A stretch of DNA of 33,862 bases from Faecalibacterium prausnitzii (GTDB taxonomy: Bacteria; Bacillota_I; Bacilli_A; RFN20; CAG-826). A program made the translations under genes and the position numbers. Position 1 is the first letter of the stretch. Each line of letters begins with the position of its first letter. The stretch covers positions 5,087 through 38,948 of the forward strand of contig CAVDTI010000063.1 in NCBI GenBank assembly GCA_963611905.1. The letters run 5' to 3'. This document shows positions 7,880-17,006 of the stretch, in pieces. The notes below the pieces were generated by a model that saw only the letters and a program-made list of their open reading frames with translations, was not told where the DNA came from and did no database searches.

Positions 7880-10636
7880 TTATTTGGTGATTGGATCAAT
7901 GCCAAGTGAAGAGAGTTTTGCACTTGCGGTCATGATCATTGTTTTTGTCTTTTCACGAGTCGTTCCTGGATAAACCTTATAGACAAGATAGAACTGAACT
8001 GTGAAGGACGTGATTGGGTTTGTGGTGGTTGCCATTTGCTCACAATAAGCTTTGACAGTATTGAGAGGCATGCTGATAGAAACATAGCCGTTACCACTGT
8101 TAGTTGGTGAGCCAGCACCTTGGAAATAATATCCACCACTAATTGTACCAGCATCATTTTGTGGGAAGAATCCGAAGTCAGAGACGCCGGTGAAATCATA
8201 TTTATAGTTACCTATCTTATCATCTGTAACTAAGCCGGAATCTACATCTTTTTGGGTGTAAGTAGCTGCTTCTGGGCAATCGAAGGCAAATAAAATTTCA
8301 CTCTTTCCTGCAGTCATGCCTGTTGCTTCTTCTGTTTGATCAGGTCCAAGGAAGCGCATGTTGTTACCAAGAGATGTGGCAACACCACCTTGTGCGACAG
8401 TGAAACCTTGAGACATATTCCATAAGGCATCATAAGCCCAGTGTGCTTCGCTTCCATCTTCGTTTGTGCCGTAGACAACTGGGTTTTCAGACATATGATC
8501 TGTTGGTCTTCCCCAGTTCAAGCAGAAGCCTTGGTTAAGGGCGGAAGTTGAAGAACATGTGGACATGAAGTTGAGAGGATCGAGAACGTTACCAGTAATA
8601 GCACCTTCAGCGAAGTCGAATTCACCATGATCCATGACAGTATATGTATCGGTGTAAGAAGTTCCACCAACTTCGAGTTTGATTTCAAGAGTTAAACCAA
8701 GATCTTTACAAGCACGATTGAATGTGTCTGCAACGTCAGTTTTGATGTATTTACCAAGGTTGTCGATGGTGGATTGATAACGATATGTTCCTTGAATTTG
8801 GATTGTATCACCCGATTCATAATAGCCTTGTTTGATTAACTCTTCGCCAGCTTGCTTGAAGAAAGATTCGGCAACTGATTTGTTGTATCCATATTCGTTA
8901 CCAGCTGCTTCGGTAATTGAGTTGATAACAGCCTTACCTTCGTCAGATCCACGATATGTGACAGAACCAGTTGGGTCAATCATATAAGCATTAGATAAAT
9001 AGCCTAAAGCCGCTTTACGTCCTGCTGTTTCAGCAAGTGAAGCACGATCGATAGCGAAGTAGAAGCCACGGAGGAAGTTTTTGTTGGACATGATGTATTT
9101 GAGACCATTCCATTTACCAACACCCTTTTCCATTGCGCCTTCGCTGTGTTGATAAACCTTTCCCTTTGGTCCAAAGAAATAATTCCATTCTTCTTCGTTT
9201 GTTGTGTTGAGGTTGATTTTGATAATTGTTGAGCCTTCTGTTTGAAGAACTTTGTCAGAATGTTCTGCACGATAAGCAGGAAGATCTGTTTTCAAAGCAC
9301 TGATAGGAACTGTACATTCATCGAGTTTATTTTCTTTGAAGTCTCTCCATGCATCTTCGTCGGCTGTTGCAGAGTTGGTATATACCTTTTCAACATAGCC
9401 ATCGTAAGAATAACGATCAGCTGCAAAGTATTTTGTATTCTTCTCATAGATGAGTTCGGAATTGCTCTCCCATTCGACTGGTGTATAGGCGCCAAAGCAA
9501 AGGAAATAATCGAATGCGGAAGCACCAGTAGTACGAACACCATAGTTCTTAGCGCCACCAATGGCATTTAAGAATTTGTAAGGTAATGGGCTATAAAGAG
9601 AAGAGCTAAGAGAGGTACGTGCGCTTGAAACACCTTTTGCTTGGTTGAAGGTGAAGTCAATTGCGACATATTCTTTGCTAGATTTTTCCGTGTTGATTTG
9701 AATACCAACACCGGAATCCTCCCATTTATCGCCTTCGGAATGTGTTTTGTAAACGTATTCGTTTGCGCCAGCAATACCTGATGCATCGGAAACAAGATCT
9801 GAATAACGTGTTAAACGGTTATCAAGCATGGCTTTAAATGGAGTTATGTAATCTTCAGCAGAAACAGTAAGTCCATCATATTCGGAATTGGCCCATTTCG
9901 AACCAGGAACAGCTTGATAGGCATATCCTTCACCGATGTGAAGATAGACACGCCATTTTGTGGAAGTTTGTTCATTTGTTGGATTGCTAACTTCATTGCC
10001 ATTGATGTCGAGCATTGTTGGTGCGCTATCACGAGATAATTCGCCAACCCATCTATATCCAGATGACTCATTAGGATCCATAACAACACCGAAATATCCA
10101 GAAGAAATCATGCTGTGACGATCAGAAACATCAGAACCAGTTGAACTCCAACCATTGAACGTTCCAGAATCGGTATTTGTATAGGAGTGATAATAGCTTC
10201 TGTACTTTGCACGAGATTCAACTATTGAACCATTGTACATTTTACCTTCAACGTCCATTTTTCCTTCCATTGTGCCAAAACCATAGTTTGTGATGTATTT
10301 TTGTGATTTTGGTGTGACACGTTGAGAGATAGCGATTGACGAAGAATCATCATAAAGAGGGATTCCGCCAATGAAATTATCAACAGCATATTGTTCAAGA
10401 GCTGCAGTAATTTTTGTCTTTTCTTTCCATGTTAATTCTGAAAAGTCATCAGAACCAGTATAACCTTGTGGGTCGTTGATAATAGTTAATCCGTCTGCGT
10501 CTTTCTCTGATTCTTGGCCAGAATGGCTTGAAGAACTAGAACTATTGTTATTGTTCTCCGGACTACAAGAAGCAAGAGTAAAAGAAGCACCAATGACTAA
10601 CAAACCCATTAATTTTGTAAGTTTATTTACTTTCAT
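7880..10636 (-). CDS. oppA: Very large (918 aa) substrate-binding lipoprotein, OppA-like
   Basis: Signal peptide plus lipobox (FTLASC) followed by a Ser/Asn-rich linker. First gene of the opp operon. Family-5 SBP assignment rests on position and size and was not verified by alignment. Confidence 0.7.
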   Translation of the reverse strand: MKVNKLTKLMGLLVIGASFTLASCSPENNNNSSSSSSHSGQESEKDADGLTIINDPQGYTGSDDFSELTWKEKTKITAALEQYAVDNFIGGIPLYDDSSSIAISQRVTPKSQKYITNYGFGTMEGKMDVEGKMYNGSIVESRAKYRSYYHSYTNTDSGTFNGWSSTGSDVSDRHSMISSGYFGVVMDPNESSGYRWVGELSRDSAPTMLDINGNEVSNPTNEQTSTKWRVYLHIGEGYAYQAVPGSKWANSEYDGLTVSAEDYITPFKAMLDNRLTRYSDLVSDASGIAGANEYVYKTHSEGDKWEDSGVGIQINTEKSSKEYVAIDFTFNQAKGVSSARTSLSSSLYSPLPYKFLNAIGGAKNYGVRTTGASAFDYFLCFGAYTPVEWESNSELIYEKNTKYFAADRYSYDGYVEKVYTNSATADEDAWRDFKENKLDECTVPISALKTDLPAYRAEHSDKVLQTEGSTIIKINLNTTNEEEWNYFFGPKGKVYQHSEGAMEKGVGKWNGLKYIMSNKNFLRGFYFAIDRASLAETAGRKAALGYLSNAYMIDPTGSVTYRGSDEGKAVINSITEAAGNEYGYNKSVAESFFKQAGEELIKQGYYESGDTIQIQGTYRYQSTIDNLGKYIKTDVADTFNRACKDLGLTLEIKLEVGGTSYTDTYTVMDHGEFDFAEGAITGNVLDPLNFMSTCSSTSALNQGFCLNWGRPTDHMSENPVVYGTNEDGSEAHWAYDALWNMSQGFTVAQGGVATSLGNNMRFLGPDQTEEATGMTAGKSEILFAFDCPEAATYTQKDVDSGLVTDDKIGNYKYDFTGVSDFGFFPQNDAGTISGGYYFQGAGSPTNSGNGYVSISMPLNTVKAYCEQMATTTNPITSFTVQFYLVYKVYPGTTREKTKTMIMTASAKLSSLGIDPITK

Positions 10637-10788
10637 ATTTAGGTTTTCCTTTCTTTTTTCCTTTACACATGTTCACGCGCATACGAATGAAAACGTGCAT
10701 TTAATTAGTAAACAACGAAAACGAAATATTTCAAGTGTTATTTTAAGTTTTTTTACATTTCGCCAAAAACTTCAAGTTTTTTCGATAC

Positions 10789-11187
10789 TTATGCTCCTAC
10801 ACTGTTTAGTATCATAAAGATGATAGCCAAAACTATAAGGATCGCCCCTAAAAATAAATAAGGATAATAAGGAAATGGGTTTAGTTTTCTTTTTTGTTTA
10901 GAAAATTCTTGATAGTCACCCGCATTTTTAAACGTTCTTTTTCTGCTATGAGTCCATTGGGCAATTAATCTGCCCATGCCATAATGAAGAACGTCAAAAG
11001 TTCCGGAGCGATGAACAAAAGCGAAGCCAGAACACGCAAGAACAATAGCGCCAGAAACAAAGAAAGCATCAGAATAGCCTGTATAGGTATAAATTCTTCT
11101 TAGGAAAAAAACCAAGCAAAAAGAAGTTATGCCTATCGCAACTGCGACACCAAGATGAATTAAATTCTTTCTAACCTTTTCTTCCAT
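10789..11187 (-). CDS. Small membrane protein, DUF3899-like
   Basis: ORF 10789..11565 trimmed to the internal ATG at 11187 (MEEKVRKNLIHLG...), because the upstream part overlaps the promoter, RBS and 5' end of the plus-strand gene at 11336. The pattern of two TM helices, GTFDVL..YG and a C-terminal TM helix resembles DUF3899. No clear SD. Confidence 0.5.
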   Translation of the reverse strand: MEEKVRKNLIHLGVAVAIGITSFCLVFFLRRIYTYTGYSDAFFVSGAIVLACSGFAFVHRSGTFDVLHYGMGRLIAQWTHSRKRTFKNAGDYQEFSKQKRKLNPFPYYPYLFLGAILIVLAIIFMILNSVGA

Positions 11188-11335
11188 GAGGCAAATTTTA
11201 ACAATTGAAGAGAAAAAAACAAGCGAAGAATCTTTATTATTTAGCCAATTGTTAAAAAGTAATTCTTGAAATTTTATATTTTGTCGGCTATCGTATGCAA
11301 ACGTGCTAATATCGAGAAAAGGAGAAAAATAAATA

Positions 11336-13525
11336 ATGATAAAGATAAGAAATAAATCTCTTGCATTACTAGTCCTCGCAGCCACCTCTCTTTGCACTTT
11401 AGCAAGCTGTGAAAAAAAACCAGATGCAAGCGACAATAGCTCTAGCTCAACCTCTTCACAAGCCTCGTCTTCTTCAACGAGCACTGCAGCTAAACCCGTC
11501 ACAACATTGAAAAGAAGCACCATCACAGCAGGTATGACCTTCGTTGATGGAGCAATTCCAAGCACAACCTACGTCAACCCTTCACGTGGTGATGATATAG
11601 ACTATGGAAATGGCGGAACTTTCACTCTAACCAACAAAGATGATGAATCCAAAACCTACGCAGGGGATGAACCTCTTCCTGCTGGCACATACACAGTTAA
11701 AGGCAGTTTTAATGCCGGTGGCGGACGTATTGTTTCTAACAGTTTTGAAATTGTTGTTAAAGCTGGCACAACCGACAAAGACAAGGGTGTTGATAAATCT
11801 GTCACAAAAGAATCCATGAAAGACTATAAATTCATGAATTTCCCAGGCATGGATACATTAGGTACAACAAATAGTGCCTCAGGATGCATGCCTTCTGTTG
11901 GCGAATCTCGCGTTCTTGTTATCCCTGTAGAATTCAAAAACACATGTTTTGGCACAATCACTCGCGACGGAAGCAAAACTGGCGACGCAAGATATGACAA
12001 ATCACAAGCTGATGAAGGTCGCGAAAAAGCAAGAGAAATGCTTCGCGAAGCCTTCTTTGCCGAAAATGACAAAACAAAAGAGGCTGGAGCAGATGGAAAA
12101 GTTGCCGATACAACTCCATGGGAATCCTTACATTCCTATTATAAGAAGGCTTCCTTCAACCAATTAAACATCACTGGTGCCGTTTCTCCAGTCTATATCT
12201 ATGACAAAGGCGATGGTTCTTCAACCGACTTTGATGCAACAAAATATTCTTCCTCTTTTGCTGGAAGCCTTGCAACCGAAGCTGTTAACTATTTTATAAA
12301 GAATCAAACAATCATTGATGGAAAAGTATTCGATCCAAAAGACTATGATGCTGATGGTGACGGATACATCGATGGTGTTGAAATGGTTTATGTTACAGAT
12401 AACCTTACTCCACAAGGAAACACCGATAGTTCTATTTGGTGGAACTACACAACTTCCACTAGTGCTTCCGCTTCAAAGTCATCTCCAACCCCACGCCGTA
12501 TTTTCTTCTCTCGTTGGGATTATTTGATCAACACCTACTATACAGGAGCTGATTATAGTAAATATGGAACACGTTGGAGCGATGGAAAAGCGGTCGACGC
12601 TCATACCATCGTTCACGAAACAGGCCATATGATGGGTGCTGCAGACTATTATTCCTATGATAAGACCGAAGGGCCTGCAGGTTCAGTCGATATGATGGAC
12701 AACAACGTTGGCGATCATAATGCATATACAAAGATGGCTTATGGTTGGCTTACTCCATGGGTTGTTGACTACACATCAAACGATTTTGAAATCACCTTGC
12801 CTTCCTACACTGATACAGGAAATTTCTTGATCGTTCCTGCAAGTGGACAAAAATGGAATGGAACACCTTGGGATGAATATGTCCTCATCGAATACTACAC
12901 TCCAACAGGTGTTAACGAAGACGACAGCGATGGCTATGAAGAATGGCAACAAGCTGGATCAAATGGTTCCTCTACTTATGGGCATGGCGGAACATATCGT
13001 CGTCCAGGCGTTCAAATGTTCCACGTCGATACCCGCGCTTCATCCATGAAGGGTTCTTCCAAATCAAGTGCAACACGTGACTATACCGATACACCAAAAG
13101 CGTATGATACAACAGATTCTAGTGGATATGAGTCAAGTGCAACACGCGTCCATACAAACACACCTAAATCAACTGGTCGTGCTTCAGTAGATGGCAAAAC
13201 TGGTGAATTAACACCATTCCGTGAGCTTCATGCAATCTACCCATCATCACAAAACTCATTAGATTCCTCTTCTTATTACAGCACATTCGGCTATATGTCT
13301 AACCTCTTCGGAACACAAGAGTATTTCGAATCGAATGGTGAAAAATATGGCGATCAACCTGATACAAAGTACGGTGCAGACTTCTTCTCGCCAAGCCGTA
13401 ACCAAAATTTCTTCCCTAACAAGACGAATTTTGACAACGGAAAACCATTTGGTTGGTCTATTCAAATAACCGAACAAACTGATACATCAGTTACTCTCCA
13501 TTTTGTTAACAATCTTGCTGAATAA
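11336..13525 (+). CDS. Surface lipoprotein with an M6 (immune inhibitor A-like) zinc metalloprotease domain
   Basis: RBS AAGGAG. Lipobox CTLASC followed by a Ser-rich linker. HETGH zinc motif at nt 12614-12628 within HTIVHETGHMMGAADYYSYD. Upstream strings VLVIPVEF and DADGDGYIDGVEMVY resemble InhA/M6 family proteins. Confidence 0.7.
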   Translation: MIKIRNKSLALLVLAATSLCTLASCEKKPDASDNSSSSTSSQASSSSTSTAAKPVTTLKRSTITAGMTFVDGAIPSTTYVNPSRGDDIDYGNGGTFTLTNKDDESKTYAGDEPLPAGTYTVKGSFNAGGGRIVSNSFEIVVKAGTTDKDKGVDKSVTKESMKDYKFMNFPGMDTLGTTNSASGCMPSVGESRVLVIPVEFKNTCFGTITRDGSKTGDARYDKSQADEGREKAREMLREAFFAENDKTKEAGADGKVADTTPWESLHSYYKKASFNQLNITGAVSPVYIYDKGDGSSTDFDATKYSSSFAGSLATEAVNYFIKNQTIIDGKVFDPKDYDADGDGYIDGVEMVYVTDNLTPQGNTDSSIWWNYTTSTSASASKSSPTPRRIFFSRWDYLINTYYTGADYSKYGTRWSDGKAVDAHTIVHETGHMMGAADYYSYDKTEGPAGSVDMMDNNVGDHNAYTKMAYGWLTPWVVDYTSNDFEITLPSYTDTGNFLIVPASGQKWNGTPWDEYVLIEYYTPTGVNEDDSDGYEEWQQAGSNGSSTYGHGGTYRRPGVQMFHVDTRASSMKGSSKSSATRDYTDTPKAYDTTDSSGYESSATRVHTNTPKSTGRASVDGKTGELTPFRELHAIYPSSQNSLDSSSYYSTFGYMSNLFGTQEYFESNGEKYGDQPDTKYGADFFSPSRNQNFFPNKTNFDNGKPFGWSIQITEQTDTSVTLHFVNNLAE

Positions 13526-13541
13526 TTGATTTGCAAACGAT

Positions 13542-13571
13542 AAAAACGTCCTATAAAAAGGGCGTTTTTTT
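13542..13571 (+). terminator. Rho-independent terminator
   Basis: AAAAACGTCC-loop-GGGCGTTTTTTT (one G-U pair), 17 nt after the stop codon. Confidence 0.75.
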
Positions 13572-13713
13572 GTTTAATTGTTAGATTTTTCAGTAAAAAT
13601 AAAAAATAATGCTTTACATTTTTATTTTGGGCTATATGGTATTCAAGTAGCTTTTAGAAAGAAAGCAATTATTTTATGAGTTCGTAAGTAGCTCAAGAAA
13701 AGAAAGGGAAAAT

Positions 13714-15630
13714 ATGAAATCGAAATTAAAGACTCTCGCATTAGCAGTTATGCTTGGTGTTACGGGTATTGGAGTGGTTGGTTGCACGCCTGATTTACAT
13801 CCAGACGAGGAAAAAGAATCTTCATCAAGTGATAGCCGTGCATTTAACATTTGGTTTGACACTGAACTCACCAAACAAAACGGAAAATTAGAAATCGCAG
13901 TTGGCCAACGTTATTTGCTTTGGAAACACATTTCCGTTCCAAATGGAACATATGTTCTTGAAGCAAAAACAGATAACGTCACAATCGACAATCACGTTAT
14001 CGAAGCAACCGCAACAGGCGCTTTCAAAGTAAGCATTACCGCAACTTCCAACGAAGGAAAGAAGACAACAAAAACATTAAGCGGAACAATCATCACCGAA
14101 GAAAAGGCCGCTTTCAATAGGCTTTGGGACAAAATGGCCGAAACAGATAATTACAAAGCAACTGGTGACGTTTTTGGCGAAACAATTCATTATGGCTCAG
14201 AAAAAGCTTATGAATATCTTGCAGGAACAAATAGCTCAGGAAAGAGCGTCTACTATGGTGATGTCTATGATTCAAAGACAAAGCATTGGTATTCTTATGG
14301 CTACGTTGTCGGAGATTCCGAATTAACGTTTAATGGTGGCTATGGATTAGATGCAGAATCATTCGGTCTCGTTGCCGGTTTAACGGATATCGGAGCATAC
14401 CAATGGACTGAACTTACCGACGCAAGCGGTAATGGCACTGGCAAATTCTATCTCGAAGATTCAATCAGCACTTCTAACGGATATAAATATTCAGACGTTA
14501 TTAGCCCACTCTTTGATACAATCTATGGTTCTTTAAACAATGTTTGGGAAAGCATTTTGACAAGAAGTCTTTCCGCAACAGGCGTTGTTGCAACCGTTGA
14601 TTCCGATGATAATTCAATCACCCTCACACCAGTCGACAAAGACAAAAAGGATATTGACACCTACAAATCCTCTTCCTCTAATTATAGCCTTCTTACTGTA
14701 ATCAGTGGCGTCGGCGAAACCACAAATAGTTATGTTGATGAATGGATCAAAACTCCATCATATCCAGAAGCAGTTGATATCAATGGTTTAAAATCAGCCT
14801 TCAAGAGCATCGAAGAAAAGAAGAACTACACCATGACAACGATTGCAGCCTGGGTTAATACCTCAACAGAAAAAACAGTTGATGCTCCAGAAAATTTAGC
14901 TGAGGTTTTTGAGCCATTTATCTCTACAGTTATGGTTGATGATGACATGAAGGTCGATGTCGTTAACTATTCATCCTCAAATCAATGGAACTTCCTCAAC
15001 GCTGCCGGTCTTGATTCAACGTTCCTTGGCGACGATTCTGAATGGAAAATGCCTGAAGCCGGTGACGTTACAACAAGCTTCATCAAAGATGGCAAATATT
15101 CTCAAGTCACTGGTAAGGTCGGAGATGATCAAACAATAACTTATGGTGATGTTGCTACTGGCAAAGATCTTACTTCCTTATGGGGTCACTATCAACAAAG
15201 CGACGGAACAGCCGCTCTTCCACTTGTTACCGAAGGACTTGGTGACATATTAGACACAGTCTCATTCACAAGCACACGCAGTGTTGGCGACACAGATGCA
15301 TATTATTTCAATACATGTGGCGATGATTACAACGATACATACAAGATCCTTTCTTGGTCAACAGGAGCCATTGTTGGTGGTATCTGCCCATGGATCTATG
15401 CCGAAAATTCAGACTTCCTTGCACTTAATATGAAAGCAATCATGTCTTATGGCTTTGGCAGAGTTGGCGCTGAACTTTATTTCAATACCTACTTCACCGT
15501 CGAAGATGGCGAGATCACTTTAAACGAAGTTCTTAGCTATGACCGCTCTACAGCTTTTATCATGACAACAAGCTGGTCTGATATCGGCACAACAGTATTA
15601 GACCCTGCATCCCAAGCACTTCTTGCTTAA
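13714..15630 (+). CDS. Hypothetical surface lipoprotein (638 aa)
   Basis: RBS AAAGGGA. Signal peptide with lipobox VVGC and a Ser/Glu linker. Candidate own promoter TTTACA-N16-TATGGT near 13615-13642. No family recognised. Confidence 0.7.
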   Translation: MKSKLKTLALAVMLGVTGIGVVGCTPDLHPDEEKESSSSDSRAFNIWFDTELTKQNGKLEIAVGQRYLLWKHISVPNGTYVLEAKTDNVTIDNHVIEATATGAFKVSITATSNEGKKTTKTLSGTIITEEKAAFNRLWDKMAETDNYKATGDVFGETIHYGSEKAYEYLAGTNSSGKSVYYGDVYDSKTKHWYSYGYVVGDSELTFNGGYGLDAESFGLVAGLTDIGAYQWTELTDASGNGTGKFYLEDSISTSNGYKYSDVISPLFDTIYGSLNNVWESILTRSLSATGVVATVDSDDNSITLTPVDKDKKDIDTYKSSSSNYSLLTVISGVGETTNSYVDEWIKTPSYPEAVDINGLKSAFKSIEEKKNYTMTTIAAWVNTSTEKTVDAPENLAEVFEPFISTVMVDDDMKVDVVNYSSSNQWNFLNAAGLDSTFLGDDSEWKMPEAGDVTTSFIKDGKYSQVTGKVGDDQTITYGDVATGKDLTSLWGHYQQSDGTAALPLVTEGLGDILDTVSFTSTRSVGDTDAYYFNTCGDDYNDTYKILSWSTGAIVGGICPWIYAENSDFLALNMKAIMSYGFGRVGAELYFNTYFTVEDGEITLNEVLSYDRSTAFIMTTSWSDIGTTVLDPASQALLA

Positions 15631-15648
15631 TTCACAAAATAAAAACTT

Positions 15649-15678
15649 AAGGCCATCCTCAATTGGATGGTCTTTTCT
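15649..15678 (+). terminator. Rho-independent terminator
   Basis: AGGCCATCC-TCAAT-TGGATGGTCT followed by TTTTCTT. Confidence 0.7.
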
Positions 15679-15777
15679 TATATCGCTATGTTTTCATTTA
15701 TGCTCATTTTTCAATATTTCAATCATTTTGATAAAACTATACCGATATAAATGAAAGAATGTTAAACTTGAAAAGTA

Positions 15778-15795
15778 ATCGTTTAAAAAAACGAT
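15778..15795. promoter_or_regulatory. Palindrome ATCGTTT-N4-AAACGAT upstream of fucO (possible operator)
   Basis: Perfect 7-bp arms ending 20 nt upstream of the fucO ATG. AT-rich, so it could be chance. Confidence 0.2.
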
Positions 15796-15814
15796 AGAAA
15801 AAGAGGTAAAAAGA

Positions 15815-16960
15815 ATGTCTTACAGATTCATGTTAAATGAAACTTCCTATCATGGACATGGTGCGATTGAAAACATCGTCCCTGAAATTGAAGCAAGAGG
15901 ATTTAAAAAAGCACTTGTCTGCTCCGATCCTGATTTGGTTAAGTTTGGTGTCACAGGAAAAGTTACATCATTATTAGATAAGGCCGGTGTCGCCTACGCT
16001 TTATATGATAACATCAAACCAAATCCAACAATCGAAAACGTCACAAGCGGCGTTAAAGCTTGTAAAGAAGCAGGTGCTGATTTCATCATTGCCATCGGTG
16101 GAGGTTCTAGCATGGATACCTCTAAAGCAATCGGTATTATCATAACCAACCCTGAATTCGAGGATGTTAGAAGCCTTGAGGGGGTTGCTCCTACAAAGAA
16201 ACCATGCTTGCCAATCATTGCTGTCTCCACAACTGCTGGCACAGCAGCTGAGGTTACAATCAACTATGTCATCACTGATGTCGAAAGAAAGAGAAAATTC
16301 GTTTGTGTTGATGCGCACGATATGCCAATCATCGCCATTGTCGACCCAGACATGATGTCTTCAATGCCAAAAGGATTAACTGCTGCCACAGGTATGGATG
16401 CTCTTACTCATGCCATCGAAGGATATATCACTCGTGGTGCTTGGACGATGTCAGATATGTTCCATATCAAAGCCATCGAAATCATTGGAAAGAGCCTTAG
16501 AGATGCTGTTAAAAACACACCAGAAGGTCGTGAAGGAATGGCTTTAGGACAATATATCGCTGGCATGGGATTCTCCAATGTTGGCTTAGGTATCGACCAC
16601 GCTATGGCGCATACCTTATCCGCATATTATGATGTTCCTCATGGTGTTGCATGCGCTATGCTTCTTCCAATCGCTATGGAATTTAACGCAGACGTCACTG
16701 GCACAAAATATAAAGACATCGCTATCGCTTTAGGCGTTAAGGGTGTCGAAAATATGAGCCAAGAAGAATATCGTGCTGCAGCAATTAATGCCGTTAAGCA
16801 ATTATCGGTTGATGTCGGTATTCCAACTAAGTGCGAAAAGATCTTAGCCTCTGACTTAGATTCTCTTGCAACCGATGCTCTCCATGATGCTTGCTACCCA
16901 GGCAATCCAAAAGAAGCAACCCACGAAGAAGTTGTCGCTCTCTTTAAGAAATTAATGTAG
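15815..16960 (+). CDS. fucO: Lactaldehyde reductase / 1,2-propanediol oxidoreductase (iron-containing alcohol dehydrogenase)
   Basis: Near full-length resemblance to E. coli FucO as I recall it: MLNET..., NPTIENV, IAIGGGS, NPEF.DVRSLEG, TTAGTAAEVTINYVITD, RKFVCVD, DALTHAIEGYITRGAW, GMGFSNVGLG, PHGVA. Confidence 0.9.
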   Translation: MSYRFMLNETSYHGHGAIENIVPEIEARGFKKALVCSDPDLVKFGVTGKVTSLLDKAGVAYALYDNIKPNPTIENVTSGVKACKEAGADFIIAIGGGSSMDTSKAIGIIITNPEFEDVRSLEGVAPTKKPCLPIIAVSTTAGTAAEVTINYVITDVERKRKFVCVDAHDMPIIAIVDPDMMSSMPKGLTAATGMDALTHAIEGYITRGAWTMSDMFHIKAIEIIGKSLRDAVKNTPEGREGMALGQYIAGMGFSNVGLGIDHAMAHTLSAYYDVPHGVACAMLLPIAMEFNADVTGTKYKDIAIALGVKGVENMSQEEYRAAAINAVKQLSVDVGIPTKCEKILASDLDSLATDALHDACYPGNPKEATHEEVVALFKKLM

Positions 16961-16967
16961 GTGAAAC

Positions 16968-17005
16968 AAAAGACTCCTGGAATTTAGTTCCAAGAGTCTT
17001 TTTTC
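16968..17005. terminator. Bidirectional terminator between convergent fucO and the PIN-domain gene
   Basis: AAAAGACTCCTGG-loop-CCAAGAGTCTTTT (12 bp, one mismatch), flanked by an A-tract and a T-tract. Confidence 0.75.
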
Positions 17006-17006
17006 T

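Noticed and set aside
10637-10788. Possible CodY or cre operator upstream of oppA, and a weak AT-only hairpin after the DUF3899 gene.
   Set aside because: There is no acceptable match to AATTTTCWGAAAATT or to the cre consensus. The hairpin is almost entirely A-T with a minimal loop.
11409-11420. An A8 homopolymer directly after the lipobox Cys codon of the metalloprotease lipoprotein, as a possible phase-variation tract.
   Set aside because: Eight A residues are short for slipped-strand switching, and the run encodes an ordinary EKK sequence. No comparable tracts occur in the other lipoprotein genes.
11188-11565. N-terminal extension of ORF 10789..11565 (258 aa).
   Set aside because: The extension is antisense to the promoter, RBS and signal-peptide region of the well-supported lipoprotein gene at 11336 and has a non-protein-like composition. 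The internal ATG at 11187 yields a DUF3899-sized protein.
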